A stretch of DNA of 64,000 nucleotides, from positions 124,001 through 188,000 of the forward strand of contig NIVC01001128.1 in assembly GCA_002269645.1 (NCBI GenBank), given 5' to 3'. Below are positions 1-10,911 of this stretch, piece after piece; within the stretch, counting starts at the first letter, position 1; every line of letters begins with the position of its first letter. Made by a program: the position numbers and the translations under genes. The notes under the pieces were generated by a model that had not been told where the DNA came from, did not search any database, and worked only from the letters and a program-made list of their open reading frames with translations. This stretch comes from Macrostomum lignano (Eukaryota).

Positions 1-250
1 GGGGGCCCTAGCCCAGTGGTATAACGCGGCGCTTTGATTCTGTGCATGGCCTAACGATAAATAAAGTTAGGGTTGCTGTACACTCCTGTGTGAGTGTGTG
101 CCTGCGCGTATGACTGCGTACGTATCCGCGCGCTTGTGTGCCTGCTCAGGGGAGTCAGCAGAATGGGCAGTAATGCCTCTCGCCGGTTGTGTGACAATGT
201 CGCTTAAAGTTCGCTGGGGTGCACACAGCCTCCTGCCTCTGACTAAAAAT
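1..250 (+). mobile_element. tRNA-derived SINE family A, internally deleted copy (in an intron of the kinase gene)
   Basis: Starts GGGGGCCCTAGCCCAGTGG (A-box-like). 50-240 aligns by eye with the reverse complement of 33482-33690 (CCTAACGATAA..AAAGTTAGGG..GTACACTCCTGTGTGAGTGTGTGCCTGCG..GCTCAGGGGAGTC..GAATGGGCAGTAATGCCTC..). The B-box segment present in the 33.5 kb copy is missing here. Confidence 0.75.
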
Positions 251-365
251 GAAAACGAAAAAATCCCCAAGGTCTGACTTATTTTCTAGAAGATTACTGC
301 CGCTTTTGGATCTTCTACTATTAGTAATATTTCAGTTTATCTTTTAATTTTTGTCCACCAAACAG

Positions 366-1436
366 ATCTTTAATGGACAGCATGGACTATCACATTTTGA
401 TGGAATGGTACAACTTGTGGGTCAGCGATCAAACCTACGATATTGACGTAATCAGTGAGTTTAAGTATAAATCATTAGTATGCTATTTAGTTTTTTAATA
501 TATTTGTATTTATTTTTCATACTGTTCTTTCTCTGTAGTCTATCTTCGCGCTAAACCGTCCGTGTGCTTGGAGCGAGTGAAAAAGCGCAACCGGTCTGAG
601 GAGTGCGATTTGAGCCTTGTAAGTTACAGTCCGAACCCACCACCCAGTGTACATGGCTCCCTTCTTATCAGTTCCCTCAGCACCCACCACCCCAGTGAAC
701 ATGGCTCCCTTCTTATCAGTTCCCTCAGCACCCACCACCCCAGTGAACATGGCTCCCTTCTTATCAGTTCCCTCAGCACCCACCACCCCAGTGTACATGG
801 CTCCCTTCTTATCAGTTCCCTCAGCACCCACCACCCCAGTGTACATGGCTCCCTTCTTATCAGTTCCCTCAGCACCCACCACCCCAGTGTACATGGCTCC
901 TTTCTTATCAGTTCCCTCAGCACCCACCACCCCAGTGAACATGGCTCCTTTCTTATCAGTTCCCTCAGCACCCACCACCCCAGTGAACATGGCTCCCTTC
1001 TTATCAGTTCCCTCAGCACCCACCACCCCAGTGAACATGGCTCCCTTCTTATCAGTTCCCTCAGCACCCACCACCCCAGTGTACATGGCTCCCTTCTTAT
1101 CAGTTCCCTCAGCACCCACCACCCCAGCGTATGTGAATCCCCGGCGCATAACTAAAGTTCCTTTGAACCAAACCACAGGAGCTGCTGGAGCAGCTGCACC
1201 AGCTGCACGAAGACTGGCTAATTAATCACAAATTCGGCTGTCCATCTACTCGGGTAGTTGTGCTGGATGCGGAGCAAGATTTCGACAGTCTAATGGCTGT
1301 CTATGACAGGGAAGTGCTGCCGATTCTGCGCGACTTCGCTGGAGAACCGGCTGTTAACGGGTCCGCCGAATCCGGCGAGACTGACAAGGAAAACAAGCCA
1401 AACAGTTTGGTTGCTAGGCTCGGAGTTTCTCCTTGA
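366..1436 (+). CDS. Deoxynucleoside kinase (dNK/TK2 family), last three exons; 5' part lies upstream of the window
   Basis: Exons 366-454, 539-618 and 1179-1436(TGA), all AG/GT-bounded with consistent phases. Translation: SLMDSMDYHILMEWYNLWVSDQTYDIDVIIYLRAKPSVCLERVKKRNRSEECDLSLELLEQLHQLHEDWLINHKFGCPSTRVVVLDAEQD..., matching the dNK lid/C-terminal pattern (IYLR..P....ERI..R.R.EE; L..LH.LHEDWL; VLVLDA). Not in the ORF track. Confidence 0.88.
640..1127. repeat. 48-bp minisatellite, ~10 copies, inside the dNK intron 619-1178
   Basis: Unit CCAGTG(T/A)ACATGGCTCCCTTCTTATCAGTTCCCTCAGCACCCACCACC; explains the 16-aa periodic ORFs. Confidence 0.95.
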
Positions 1437-2242
1437 CGATTTGGTTGATTCATTGTCAGTCAGTTAACCAAGACGGAATGCCAATCTAATTTATTGTTTT
1501 GTTATATTACTTAGTAGCGGATATAGCAAATTGTAAGCATTTTTAACGTAAGCGTAAATTTTCAGTAGTATTTAAGGAACAGTTTGAGCATTTTTGTACG
1601 CATTCTAATCACTATTATTTTTATTATATGGTTTTTTGCTACTTCTGGTGCTTTGATACTAAGTTTTATGCTTATAAATGGCCATTTTATTATACTGCGT
1701 ATTTAATTATTAACTAATTTAAGTAATAATATAAAACTAATTTTTGTACTTTTTATAGTACAGCATGATCTACGAGTATTATTTAATAGTACATTCTATC
1801 TACTTGACTTGGTTTGATTTTTTATTTAGCAAACAAGGTGGTTCAGTCTGCGATGTTAAATAGATGTTGAAAAAATCGTTTTTTTTGTTTTAGCGCGCTT
1901 CCCAGCTTCGGTTTGGCGTGTTAGTTCATATTTTATTAGGGTTTTGTGAACGGATATAAGCTCTGGAGCTTGTCGCACTATTCACACGAATGAGGGCAGA
2001 CCCCGGATGGCACAGTCCATGAGAAAGTCAGGGCCGCTCCGTGTACGTGCTCATGGGTCAGCCGAATGGGCAGGACTGCTTGCCTTCTGCTGTCGAGTTT
2101 TGATATCTATATCTTTTAATCCATAGGCATCGCTAAAATCAGATAAATTATTGTAGAATAAGTTCTTGAACTTGTTATCTCCACCAACCAGTCATCGGAT
2201 GTCCAGAAGCTTCACCTAGATGCAGAGAAGGCCAATTAAATC

Positions 2243-2774
2243 CTCTCCGGTGTGTTTAACAGGACTGGCCATAGACTATTGCAGCCACTTTAACACTCGC
2301 CACTCTGCAGAGCCGTTTCTCTCCGGTGTGTTTAACAGGACTGGCCGAAGACTATCGCAGCCACTTTAACACTCGCCACTATGCAGAGCCGTTCCTCTCC
2401 GGTGTGTTTAACAGGACTGGCCATAGACTATCGCAGCCACTTTAACACTCGCCGCTATGCACAGCCGTGTCTCTCCAGTGTGTTTAACAGGACTGGCCAT
2501 AGACTATCGCAGCCATTTTAACACTCGCCGCTATGCAAAGCCGTTCCTCTCCGGTGTGTTTAACAGGACTGGCCATAGACTATCGCAGCCATTTTAACAC
2601 TCGCCGCTATGCACAGCCGTGTCTCTCCAGTGTGTTTAACAGGACTGGCCATAGACTATCGCAGCCATTTTAACACTCGCCGCTATGCAAAGCCGTTCCT
2701 CTCCGGTGTGTTTAACAGGACTGGCCATAGACTATTGCAGCCACTTTAACACTCGCCACTCTGCAGAGCCGTGC
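2243..2774. repeat. 76-bp minisatellite, 7 copies
   Basis: CTCTCCGGTGTGTTTAACAGGACTGGCCATAGACTAT(T/C)GCAGCC... recurs at 2243, 2319, 2395, 2471, 2547, 2623 and 2699. Confidence 0.95.
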
Positions 2775-3001
2775 CTGCATGCCGATGAGAATGGAGCGCT
2801 TTGTCTATATAAGATACAATGACAGATTTAAATTTTATTTTACGTTGCAAAAGAACTGGATTTGCCGGCTACTTTTGCAAGAAATTGACGGATTGGGTGT
2901 TACAGTAATGTGAACAAAGGTAGCGCTTCCTTGCTACCTTTAAGAACTGCATGGTGCTTGGGTTATTCTGGGGCCGTATGTATAAAGCCTACTCCAGACT
3001 A

Positions 3002-3204
3002 GCTAGTCCGGACTTGGGTAGTTTAGTCTATAGCACAGATCTATATAGTTATATAGTATCTATGGTCTATATATATGTTATACATAGTATATATGTTATA
3101 TAGTATCTATGGTCTATAGTCTATGGTCTAGCTACCTTTGTTCTGTCTATAGTAGACCAGTCTAATTTTGTGTTTCTGGATACCAAATCCAAGTCCAGAC
3201 TAGC
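3002..3204. mobile_element. Small MITE-like element with 16-bp terminal inverted repeats
   Basis: GCTAGTCCGGACTTGG (3002-3017) vs CCAAGTCCAGACTAGC (3189-3204), 1 mismatch; AT-rich interior with repeated CTATGGTCTA. Confidence 0.5.
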
Positions 3205-4272
3205 TTTTCAAGACCGGACTACCCTAGACAGAGCTTTCTGCACACGGCCCTGAGTAACGTAGATATAATGTACATTACAGTATGTAGCCAGCTGCGATAA
3301 TCGTACTCGACTCGATCGTACTTGTACTTTTTGGGGGCTGCAAAAATATCAGCAGCGGCTAAATTAGACTAACATGTACATATACGGGATTATCATAGGC
3401 AAGCCAATTCTGCTGGACCATCCGGCAGCTGAAAGTACAGTGTATATGCTATAAAATCAGTGTGAAAAATCACACCGGAAAAAAATAGTCAGGATCCTGA
3501 TGACACAAGATCCTTTTGCCTGTGTAAGTAAGTCCTAGCGTGATTCACGTACCATCACTGCAGCTACTGACTGACTTTGCCCTAACTAAGTTAGTTTTGC
3601 GCTAACACAACAGAGGCGCGGCTTCCTCCAGATCCCATCGTCAGGCTGCTGGTTAATTTTGCAGCCACATGCAGTTTGGATCATGGAGTTCGAATGCTAA
3701 ACAGGCTGTAGTCAATCTGGAGACAAATAACCAACTGCAGCTTGACGAGAAAAACCTGCCATCGTAGATTCAGTTGTAGAAATTTGAAGCTTATTCGAAA
3801 CAAATGTTTTTTGGATGTTTTCACTCTTACTTGGTCAGAACTTCCACGACTTTAACGATTTTTATTACAACTTAGATTTATGAGGTTTGTGAAGGTGTTG
3901 GACTAAAAGCTACATATGTATTTGATAGCTAGTAGGAATCTTCTATCCAGACGTTCTCTTTATCTCCATGCCACTGCAGTCCCATCTCTGCACTGACTGC
4001 AATCAACGCTGCATGCCCATCCCCTGGGGGCAGAGGGGTTCCCGTGAGGACAAGAATTTGGGCCTGTTAATATATCTGAGTATGCTGTACACCTGTTCTT
4101 TCTAAATGTTTCTTTTGGTAGCAAATCAATTTGCTCGCATGAATGATTGACTGCTACTCTATATATTATCTATTTACAGGTATACAGGCATAGTATCCAT
4201 TATACATAATCCGGTTCACTAAGTGCAGTGCCACTCGACTGTACTTTTAATTTGATATTCTTCCAATTCTTC

Positions 4273-4590
4273 CAGACACTCTGATAGGCACACCTGTCAG
4301 ACACTCTAATAGGCACACCTGTCAGACACTCTGATAGGCACACCTGTCAGACACTCTAATAGGCACACCTGTCAGACACACCGATAGGCACACCTGTCAG
4401 ACACTCTGATAGGCACACCTGTCAGACACTCTGATAGGCACACCTGTCAGACACACTGATAGGCACACCTGTCAGACACTCTGATAGGCACACCTGTCGG
4501 ACACACTGATAGGCACACCTGTCAGACACACTGATAGGCACATCTGTCAGACACACTGATAGGCACACCTGTCAGACACGCTGATAGGCT
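4273..4590. repeat. 25-bp minisatellite, ~12 copies
   Basis: Unit CTGATAGGCACACCTGTCAGACACT. Confidence 0.95.
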
Positions 4591-4929
4591 GCACAGAGCG
4601 CTCAACAAAAAAAGAATTGCTATGGTTTTCCAGGCCTTGCGTGCGCGTTGAACCGTGTTTGACTTGAGCACTGCTCATTTTGGACAATAAGATGGCGAGG
4701 AGGCTTTTGCAGCAGAGACGAGATCGGTGATGCGAATTTCAGCATGACTGCTTTCTCGTCTTCTGTTCCGGGTCAAATGTTTTTTGACTTCTGCTATCGT
4801 TACACGCGTATGGCTTGAGTGTGGCCAAGGCGTTTTATTCGTGTTGATCTGTAGCGAAATTCGGCACTCCAGTGACTCTCAGGTATAATTTTGAATTTTT
4901 CAAACTCTTCATTGAGATTTAAAGAATAA

Positions 4930-5580
4930 AGGAATCTCTGGTGAGATTTTGAGGCTATCTGGAATCTCTAGTGAGATTTTGAGACTATCTGGAATCTCTG
5001 GTGAGATTTTGAGGCTATCTGGAATCTCTAGTGAGATTTTGAGACTATCTGGAATCTCTGGTGATAATTTGAGACGATATGGAATCTCTGGTGAGATTTC
5101 GACACTATCTGGAATCTCCTGTAAGATTTCGAGACTATCTGGAATCTCTGGTAAGATTTGGAGACTATCTGATCAATCTTTGATAAGCTTTAGAGACTAG
5201 GAATCTCTGGTGAGAACTTGAGACTATATTTAATCTATGGGGAGATTTCGAAACTAACGGGAATCTCTGGTGAGATCTTGAGACTAACGGGAATCTCTCG
5301 TGAGATTTTGAGACTATATGATCAATCTTTGATGAGCTAAGAGACTAGGAATCTCTGGTGAGAATTGGAGACATCTTTAATCTATGGGGAGATTTTGAGA
5401 CTAACGGGAATATCTAGTGAGATCTTGAGACTAACAGGAATCTCTAATGAGATTTTGAGACTAACGGGAATCTCTGGTGAGATTTCGAGGCTAACGGGAA
5501 TCTCTGGTGAGATTTCGAGGCTAACGGGAATCTCTGGTGAGATTTTGAGGCTAACGTGAATCTCTAGCGAGATTTTAGGA
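4930..5580. repeat. Degenerate ~30-bp minisatellite (block 1)
   Basis: Unit GGAATCTCTGGTGAGATTTTGAG(G/A)CTA(TCT/ACG). Confidence 0.9.
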
Positions 5581-5997
5581 CTTCTTAGTATTTTTTTCAA
5601 AGCTATTTGTGAGAATCTCTGACTGCAAAGCTATGAAGATTTACGAGTCTCTCTGCTTTCGCTGAATTTTACTGGGCACTTGGAATAGCTCGTAATTTGG
5701 GACGTTTAACTGACAAGCAAATGACCTTGATGCCAGCATTAGTTATGCCGTCTTTCGCTGGCAAGACTGGCTGTTGTACACGGAATTAGTTAATATGCGC
5801 AATGAAAGGCTGCAGCAATTATTGTGTTTCTTCGGAAAAGAGAATATCTAATCGATATTGAACAAATATTTCTTTTAAAGGTGGACTGCCGTGTTTTCAG
5901 TGCTAATAGTTTTCTTTCCTGCGCTGTATTTCAAATAGACATCAGCATAAATTGTGACTCACGAGTTTGTGAATATATAGCTATATCTGATCAGAAT

Positions 5998-6410
5998 TAG
6001 CACCTGTTCATTGACACTTCAGACACCTGTTCATAGACACTTCAGACACCTGTTCATAGACACTTCAGACACCTGTTCATAGACACTGCTACCTGTTTAT
6101 AGACACTGCTGCCTGTTTATAGACACTGCCACCTGTTCATAGACACTGCTACCTGTTTATAGACACTGCTACCTGTTTATAGACACTGCTGCCTGTTTAT
6201 AGACACTGCTACCTGTTCATAGACACTGCTACCTGTTTATAGACACTGCTACCTGTTTATAGACACTGCTACCTGTTTATAGACACTGCCACCTGTTTAT
6301 AGACACTGCTGCCTGTTTATAGACACTGCCACCTGTTTATAGACACTGCTACCTGTTTATAGACACTGCCACCTGTTCATAGACACTGCTACCTGTTTAT
6401 AGACACTACT
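5998..6410. repeat. 20-bp minisatellite
   Basis: Unit ACCTGTT(T/C)ATAGACACTGCT; resumes briefly at ~6660-6740. Confidence 0.95.
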
Positions 6411-6660
6411 ATATGATTAATCTTTGATGAGCTTAAGAGACTAGAAATCTGGTGAGAATTTGAGACATCTTTAATTCTATGGGGAGATTTTGAGACTAAC
6501 GGGAATATCTAGTGAGATCTTGCGACTAACGGGAATCTCTAATGAGATTTTGAGACTAACGGGAATATCTAGTGAGATCTTGCGACTAACGGGAATCTCT
6601 ACTGAGATTTCAAGACTAACGGGAATCTCTGGTGAGATTTCAAGACTAGTGGGAATCTCC
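6410..6660. repeat. Second block of the ~30-bp minisatellite, duplicating ~5315-5500
   Basis: TATGAT(C/T)AATCTTTGATGAGCT(T)AAGAGACTAG..CTATGGGGAGATTTTGAGACTAACGGGAATATCTAGTGAGATCTTG is shared by both blocks. Confidence 0.85.
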
Positions 6661-6759
6661 TGTTCATAGACACTGCTACCTGTTTATAGACACTGCTGAC
6701 ACCTGTTCATAGACACTGCTGGCACCTGTTCATAAACATTGCTACTTGCTTACATGTAG

Positions 6760-7525
6760 CGAAGCCTGTTTACAGGTTGTGAAGCCTGTTTACAGGTAGT
6801 GAAGCCTGTTTACAGGTAGTGAAGCCTGTTTACAGGTAGTGATCGAAGCCTGTTTACAGGTAGTGAAGCCTGTTTACAGGTATTGAAGCCTGTTTACAGG
6901 TATTGAAGCCTGTTTACAGGTAGTGAAGCCTGTTTACAGGTATTGAAGCCTGTTTACAGGTATTGAAGCCTGTTTACAGGTAGTGAAGTCTGTTTACAGG
7001 TATTGAAACCTGTTTACAGGTAGTGAAGCCTGTTTACAGGTAGTGAAGCCTGTTTACAGGTAGTGAAGCCTGTTTACAGGTAGTGAAGCCTGTTTACAGG
7101 TATTGAAGCCTGTTTACAGGTAGTGAAGCCTGTTTACAGGTAGTGAAGCCTGTTTACAGGTAGTGATCGAAGCCTGTTTACAGGTAGTGAAGCCTGTTTA
7201 CAGGTATTGAAGCCTGTTTACAGGTATTGAAGCCTGTTTACAGGTAGTGAAGCCTGTTTACAGGTATTGAAGCCTGTTTACAGGTATTGAAGCCTGTTTA
7301 CAGGTAGTGAAGTCTGTTTACAGGTATTGAAACCTGTTTACAGGTAGTGAAGCCTGTTTACAGGTAGTGAAGCCTGTTTACAGGTAGTGAAGCCTGTTTA
7401 CAGGTAGTGAAGCCTGTTTACAGGTATTGAAGCCTGTTTACAGGTAGTGAAGTCTGTTTACAGGTATTGAAACCTGTTTACAGGTAGTGAAGCCTGTTTA
7501 CAGGTAGTGAAGCCTGTTTACAGGT
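6760..7525. repeat. 20-bp minisatellite, ~37 copies, with higher-order duplication
   Basis: Unit GAAGCCTGTTTACAGGTA(G/T)T; the GATC-insertion variant occurs at ~6841 and ~7165 with the same downstream variant order. Confidence 0.95.
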
Positions 7526-8091
7526 TTTGAAATATGTTACTGTTCTATGTTATCAGATACGGAGTTGTTATTTATTGTGATATACGAACGTATTCTTCTT
7601 CACAGTTTTTTGTTTCTTTCAGATAAAATATGTACTTTTTATTTTAAGTACATCCACAATTAAATCACGTGTTCGCATTGATGAGTACGAGAACGCGTGT
7701 ATTTCTTAGAACAAATTGATAAGAGGAATTTACAAAAGAGAGGTACGCTAATTAGCGCCCAGTTGGATCACATGCCTTTGTCGAAAAGAAACTGTAGTGT
7801 CTTCTGGTACATTCGTACTGCGTCATCTAAAAGAAGCATCTCTGCAAATCGCTCATCGTTAAAAATCTCTTTTGAGATAGAAATCTTAAGCTAATAAATT
7901 AAATTGTGTGGACCCTCTGCGTTTACAAAACTACTGATTATAATTTCATTGAAATTATAATTGGACTTTAAATCTGCAGATGTACAGTGGGTTGCTAAGC
8001 AATACTGTTTACAGAAGTTCTAGTCCGATTTCTATACTCCAAGTCCAAGCTTTCTCTTACTGTCACGTGACCTCAGCTTAATCAGCGATTT

Positions 8092-9984
8092 TCATATTCG
8101 ACTGAAACCTCGGCCGGATCTCCGCGTATCGGCGCCGAAATCGTTGTCAAGGTGATCAGAGTTCCACCTGGCTCTGCCCAGCAGACTTCGAGCCTCTGTC
8201 CTGGCTTCCAGCGGCGCGTCGAACTCCTTCGAAGCGTGCGCCGGGGTTTCCTGAAGCTCCATGTTGGACGCTTCAACTGCGCCAGCCTGCTGGTGCGCGC
8301 GCTGTCCGCGGCTGACGACGGCCTCGTAGCAGTGCAGCAGAAGATCGATGAGCTCAACAATGGAAACCATCGTCAGGCCGATGAAGATGGACAGCAGGCC
8401 ACCAATTTGACTGAGAAACGAAGTCAAGGATAGAACCTCCTTCTCTTCGACTTTGTGCAGATCGAAATTCGGCCGGATCAGCTGCACGGACAGCAGGTTC
8501 CGTTCGAGGTGATCGACGCCGCGCAGCAGCTGGAAGGCTCCGGCGGGGTCGCCGGCAGACTGCAGCCTGATGGCCTCTCGGTAGTCGGCCAGCTCAAGAC
8601 GGTCGCGCAGTCGCTTGTAGACTCGGCTCTGCAGCATCTGCAGCTGGAAGGACTTCGCTGGCCAGTCGGATGTCGATCGCTCAGTTTGGTAGCTGAAGAA
8701 CGAGCAGGGCAAAGTGCAGGATGGCACGACGTCCTTGGCGTACTTTGAAATCACCTTCTTCTTGCACTTGATGTAGTGATAAACTCGTTCCAAAGCGGCT
8801 ACGCATCTTGCATGGAAATCGGGGCTCCAGTTGCAGCTGGTTTCGTTCATGAACTCTCGCAGGCCGGTGCAGTACGTAAAATTGGACGTCAGTACAAGGG
8901 GATACTCGATGGCCTGACAGCCGCAGGTCTCTAGGATGTCGCGCTGGATTGTGACCTGCCTGCAGCTGTCCTCGCTGTAGCCGTACTCTGCGCCGAACAG
9001 ACTGAGCAGCTTGGGAGTTTCTGGCGAGCAGCGACCGTAGGGCGGCTGCTTTTGAACGTTCAGAACGTTTTTCAGCTTCACTTCGGTTAGAGAGCCGGAC
9101 TTCAGGTGGATGGCCTCGTGGTTCATGTCCGGGTAGGTGTCGCCGGCGTGGATGGTGAATACTGCGCCCGATAGTTGCGTGCTGATGTCCATGGTGTAGC
9201 AGTCCACGCAGTTGAGATTCTCCAAGCTCCAAGCGTTGTCCAGGTAAATGGCCATCTCAACCATACTAGTACTGTTGCGCAGGTGCTCGCTTAGGTCCAA
9301 GGTGTAACAGTTCAGGTAGTTGCCGTGCACGAACGCTCTGAACGTCCCGGCCGAGGCGGAGTCGTCGATCGAGTCGCCGTAGTCGCGGCTGCAATAGTGC
9401 TGGTTGCGGGCGCTGCCGTTGCGCACAACGGCTCGGCAGTCCAGAATGAAGTCGCGAAGCGAATGCCCCAGATCGGCCGCGCCAGCCGGCAGGCTCTCCA
9501 GGTAGGCGGCGAAGCCAAGCGAGCCGGAGAAGTTGTAGTACACGTGGCGAGTAGACAGGTTGTAGAAGTACATGTGCCTAGTGGCCAGCTCCACGGCGGT
9601 GGCAAATGCTCGCGGATATTTCCAACCCTGGCCGCGCAGGCGCCGCTTGCCCTGCGAGGACAGGGGCCGCGCGTTGCACACGGTGACGGACGGGAAGGGC
9701 GAATTGGCGTCCTTGAGCACGCGAGGCGGGTGCATGACGTCGTACTCGATGAACTGCCGGATCAGCAGGCTCAGACAGAGCAGACAGCTTGCGAACAGCA
9801 GGCCGACAAAGAAGGTCCAGAGCAGGCGGATGCGCCGACTATCCGACTTGACGATGCGCGGAATTCCTCGGATTGTGGTGTTCTCGCAGAAACGAATAAA
9901 CTGACGGTGCAGCTCTTGGCTGAGTGGTCGCCGAACGGCTGCGACGACCTCAGGGCCGTCGCTATTGCTGCCGCAGAGCTGCAT
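8092..9984 (-). CDS. DEG/ENaC (amiloride-sensitive sodium channel) family subunit, intronless, ~630 aa
   Basis: Uninterrupted ORF. The track start at 10164 is TTG; the first ATG is at 9984. Motifs: pre-TM1 FCENTTIRGIPRI, hydrophobic TM1, FPSVTVCN.RP, Cys-rich thumb (CRQVTIQRDILETCGC...CTLPC), SDWP, TM2 FLSQIGGLLSIFIGLTMVSIVEL. Confidence 0.93.
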   Translation of the reverse strand: MQLCGSNSDGPEVVAAVRRPLSQELHRQFIRFCENTTIRGIPRIVKSDSRRIRLLWTFFVGLLFASCLLCLSLLIRQFIEYDVMHPPRVLKDANSPFPSVTVCNARPLSSQGKRRLRGQGWKYPRAFATAVELATRHMYFYNLSTRHVYYNFSGSLGFAAYLESLPAGAADLGHSLRDFILDCRAVVRNGSARNQHYCSRDYGDSIDDSASAGTFRAFVHGNYLNCYTLDLSEHLRNSTSMVEMAIYLDNAWSLENLNCVDCYTMDISTQLSGAVFTIHAGDTYPDMNHEAIHLKSGSLTEVKLKNVLNVQKQPPYGRCSPETPKLLSLFGAEYGYSEDSCRQVTIQRDILETCGCQAIEYPLVLTSNFTYCTGLREFMNETSCNWSPDFHARCVAALERVYHYIKCKKKVISKYAKDVVPSCTLPCSFFSYQTERSTSDWPAKSFQLQMLQSRVYKRLRDRLELADYREAIRLQSAGDPAGAFQLLRGVDHLERNLLSVQLIRPNFDLHKVEEKEVLSLTSFLSQIGGLLSIFIGLTMVSIVELIDLLLHCYEAVVSRGQRAHQQAGAVEASNMELQETPAHASKEFDAPLEARTEARSLLGRARWNSDHLDNDFGADTRRSGRGFSRI

Positions 9985-10911
9985 GCCTGTGAGGCTTTGT
10001 TGGCTGCTTTGTTTTGTCGAGCCACTGGAGGTACGAGAAGACGCGCTAAGCTTCTGCTGCGGCTGCTGTCTCAAAAAAGCCCAGTGAGTTTGGCAAGTGA
10101 ATTGCTGATTAGTCAGGTACTGACAGCCAATAAGAGCGGCTAAAAAATTGCATACAGTGGCCAAAGAAAAAGGACGAAATGATTGACAGAAAGTTGGGAG
10201 CCGGGGGGGGGGAGAGAAGCGAAAGGTGTTGCTTGGATGGGAGTGGAAGAGAAGCCTTCAAACAGTTTGTGAAATTTGAGTTGCAGCAGCTTCTGCGGGG
10301 GAGTTCACCGCGTCGCTGATAATACAAGGTACTTAGCCAAAGGTGTGTAGCAGGCCCATCACCTGTCCCCATACACACATTTCTATCCCTACACTCCCTG
10401 TAGCATTTAGTTCCTTACCTCTTACACCTCGGCGCGTAGCCTCCAGTGTGAGGATATTGGGATATGCAATAGCCATCTTCCTTCACGTACCGCGCCATGC
10501 ATCTCACCACCTCCTAATTTTCCCCTTTCTATACTCCAGAGATCCAGTTTTCCTGAGATTCCTTCCGCTATTTACAGGTGCTGGATCTGCTGAAATTTGC
10601 GATAGAATATACCGTTTGGAAACCGATATGCTAGGAAACTTCCTATAGTTTACTTGTCAAGTATTTGGCTCGATTTTTCTTGAAAATAAGATGGAGGGTC
10701 GAATTTCCGATGCGTCGATGCAAAATCTGAAACGCACAGTTTCTCCTTGAGGGTTCATGAGATGAGGAATTTTGTTTGAGAATCTGCACTTTTGCCTGTT
10801 CTGCGCGGAAATCAATGAGCCACTTGAAGACTTTGTATCAAATTAACTATAAAACTATACATGCATTATTAGTCCGTTCAGGAGTGTCCATTGGTACATA
10901 CGAGTCAGCAT

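Noticed and set aside
1-60. tRNA-like start of the window, and tRNA-like heads at 33760-33838, 52322-52390 and 54125-54192
   Set aside because: No complete cloverleaf or acceptor stem; each continues into a shared SINE body, so they are SINE heads rather than tRNA genes.
3495-3535. CTGATGA (also on the minus strand near 44765) as a possible hammerhead ribozyme core
   Set aside because: No stem II closed by GAAA and no stems I/III could be built by eye.
3655-3770. Short frame FCSHMQFGSWSSNAK resembling the Cys-loop receptor C.(L/M).FGSW motif
   Set aside because: Spacing is off by one, there is an in-frame stop just upstream and after ~35 codons, and no other receptor exons are nearby; probably chance.
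8082-10143. Overlapping and antisense ORFs on the ENaC exon, and similarly on the 16.3-17.9 kb ORF, WD40 and AOX exons (e.g. 9325-10143 +, 16549-17409 -, 50948-51526 +, 56772-57242 +)
   Set aside because: These are expected shadows of GC3-rich coding sequence, with no recognisable motifs.
9985-10164. N-terminal extension of the ENaC ORF in the track, and track starts at 16324, 19617 and 42094
   Set aside because: These start at TTG/GTG, which is a prokaryotic ORF-calling convention not applicable here.
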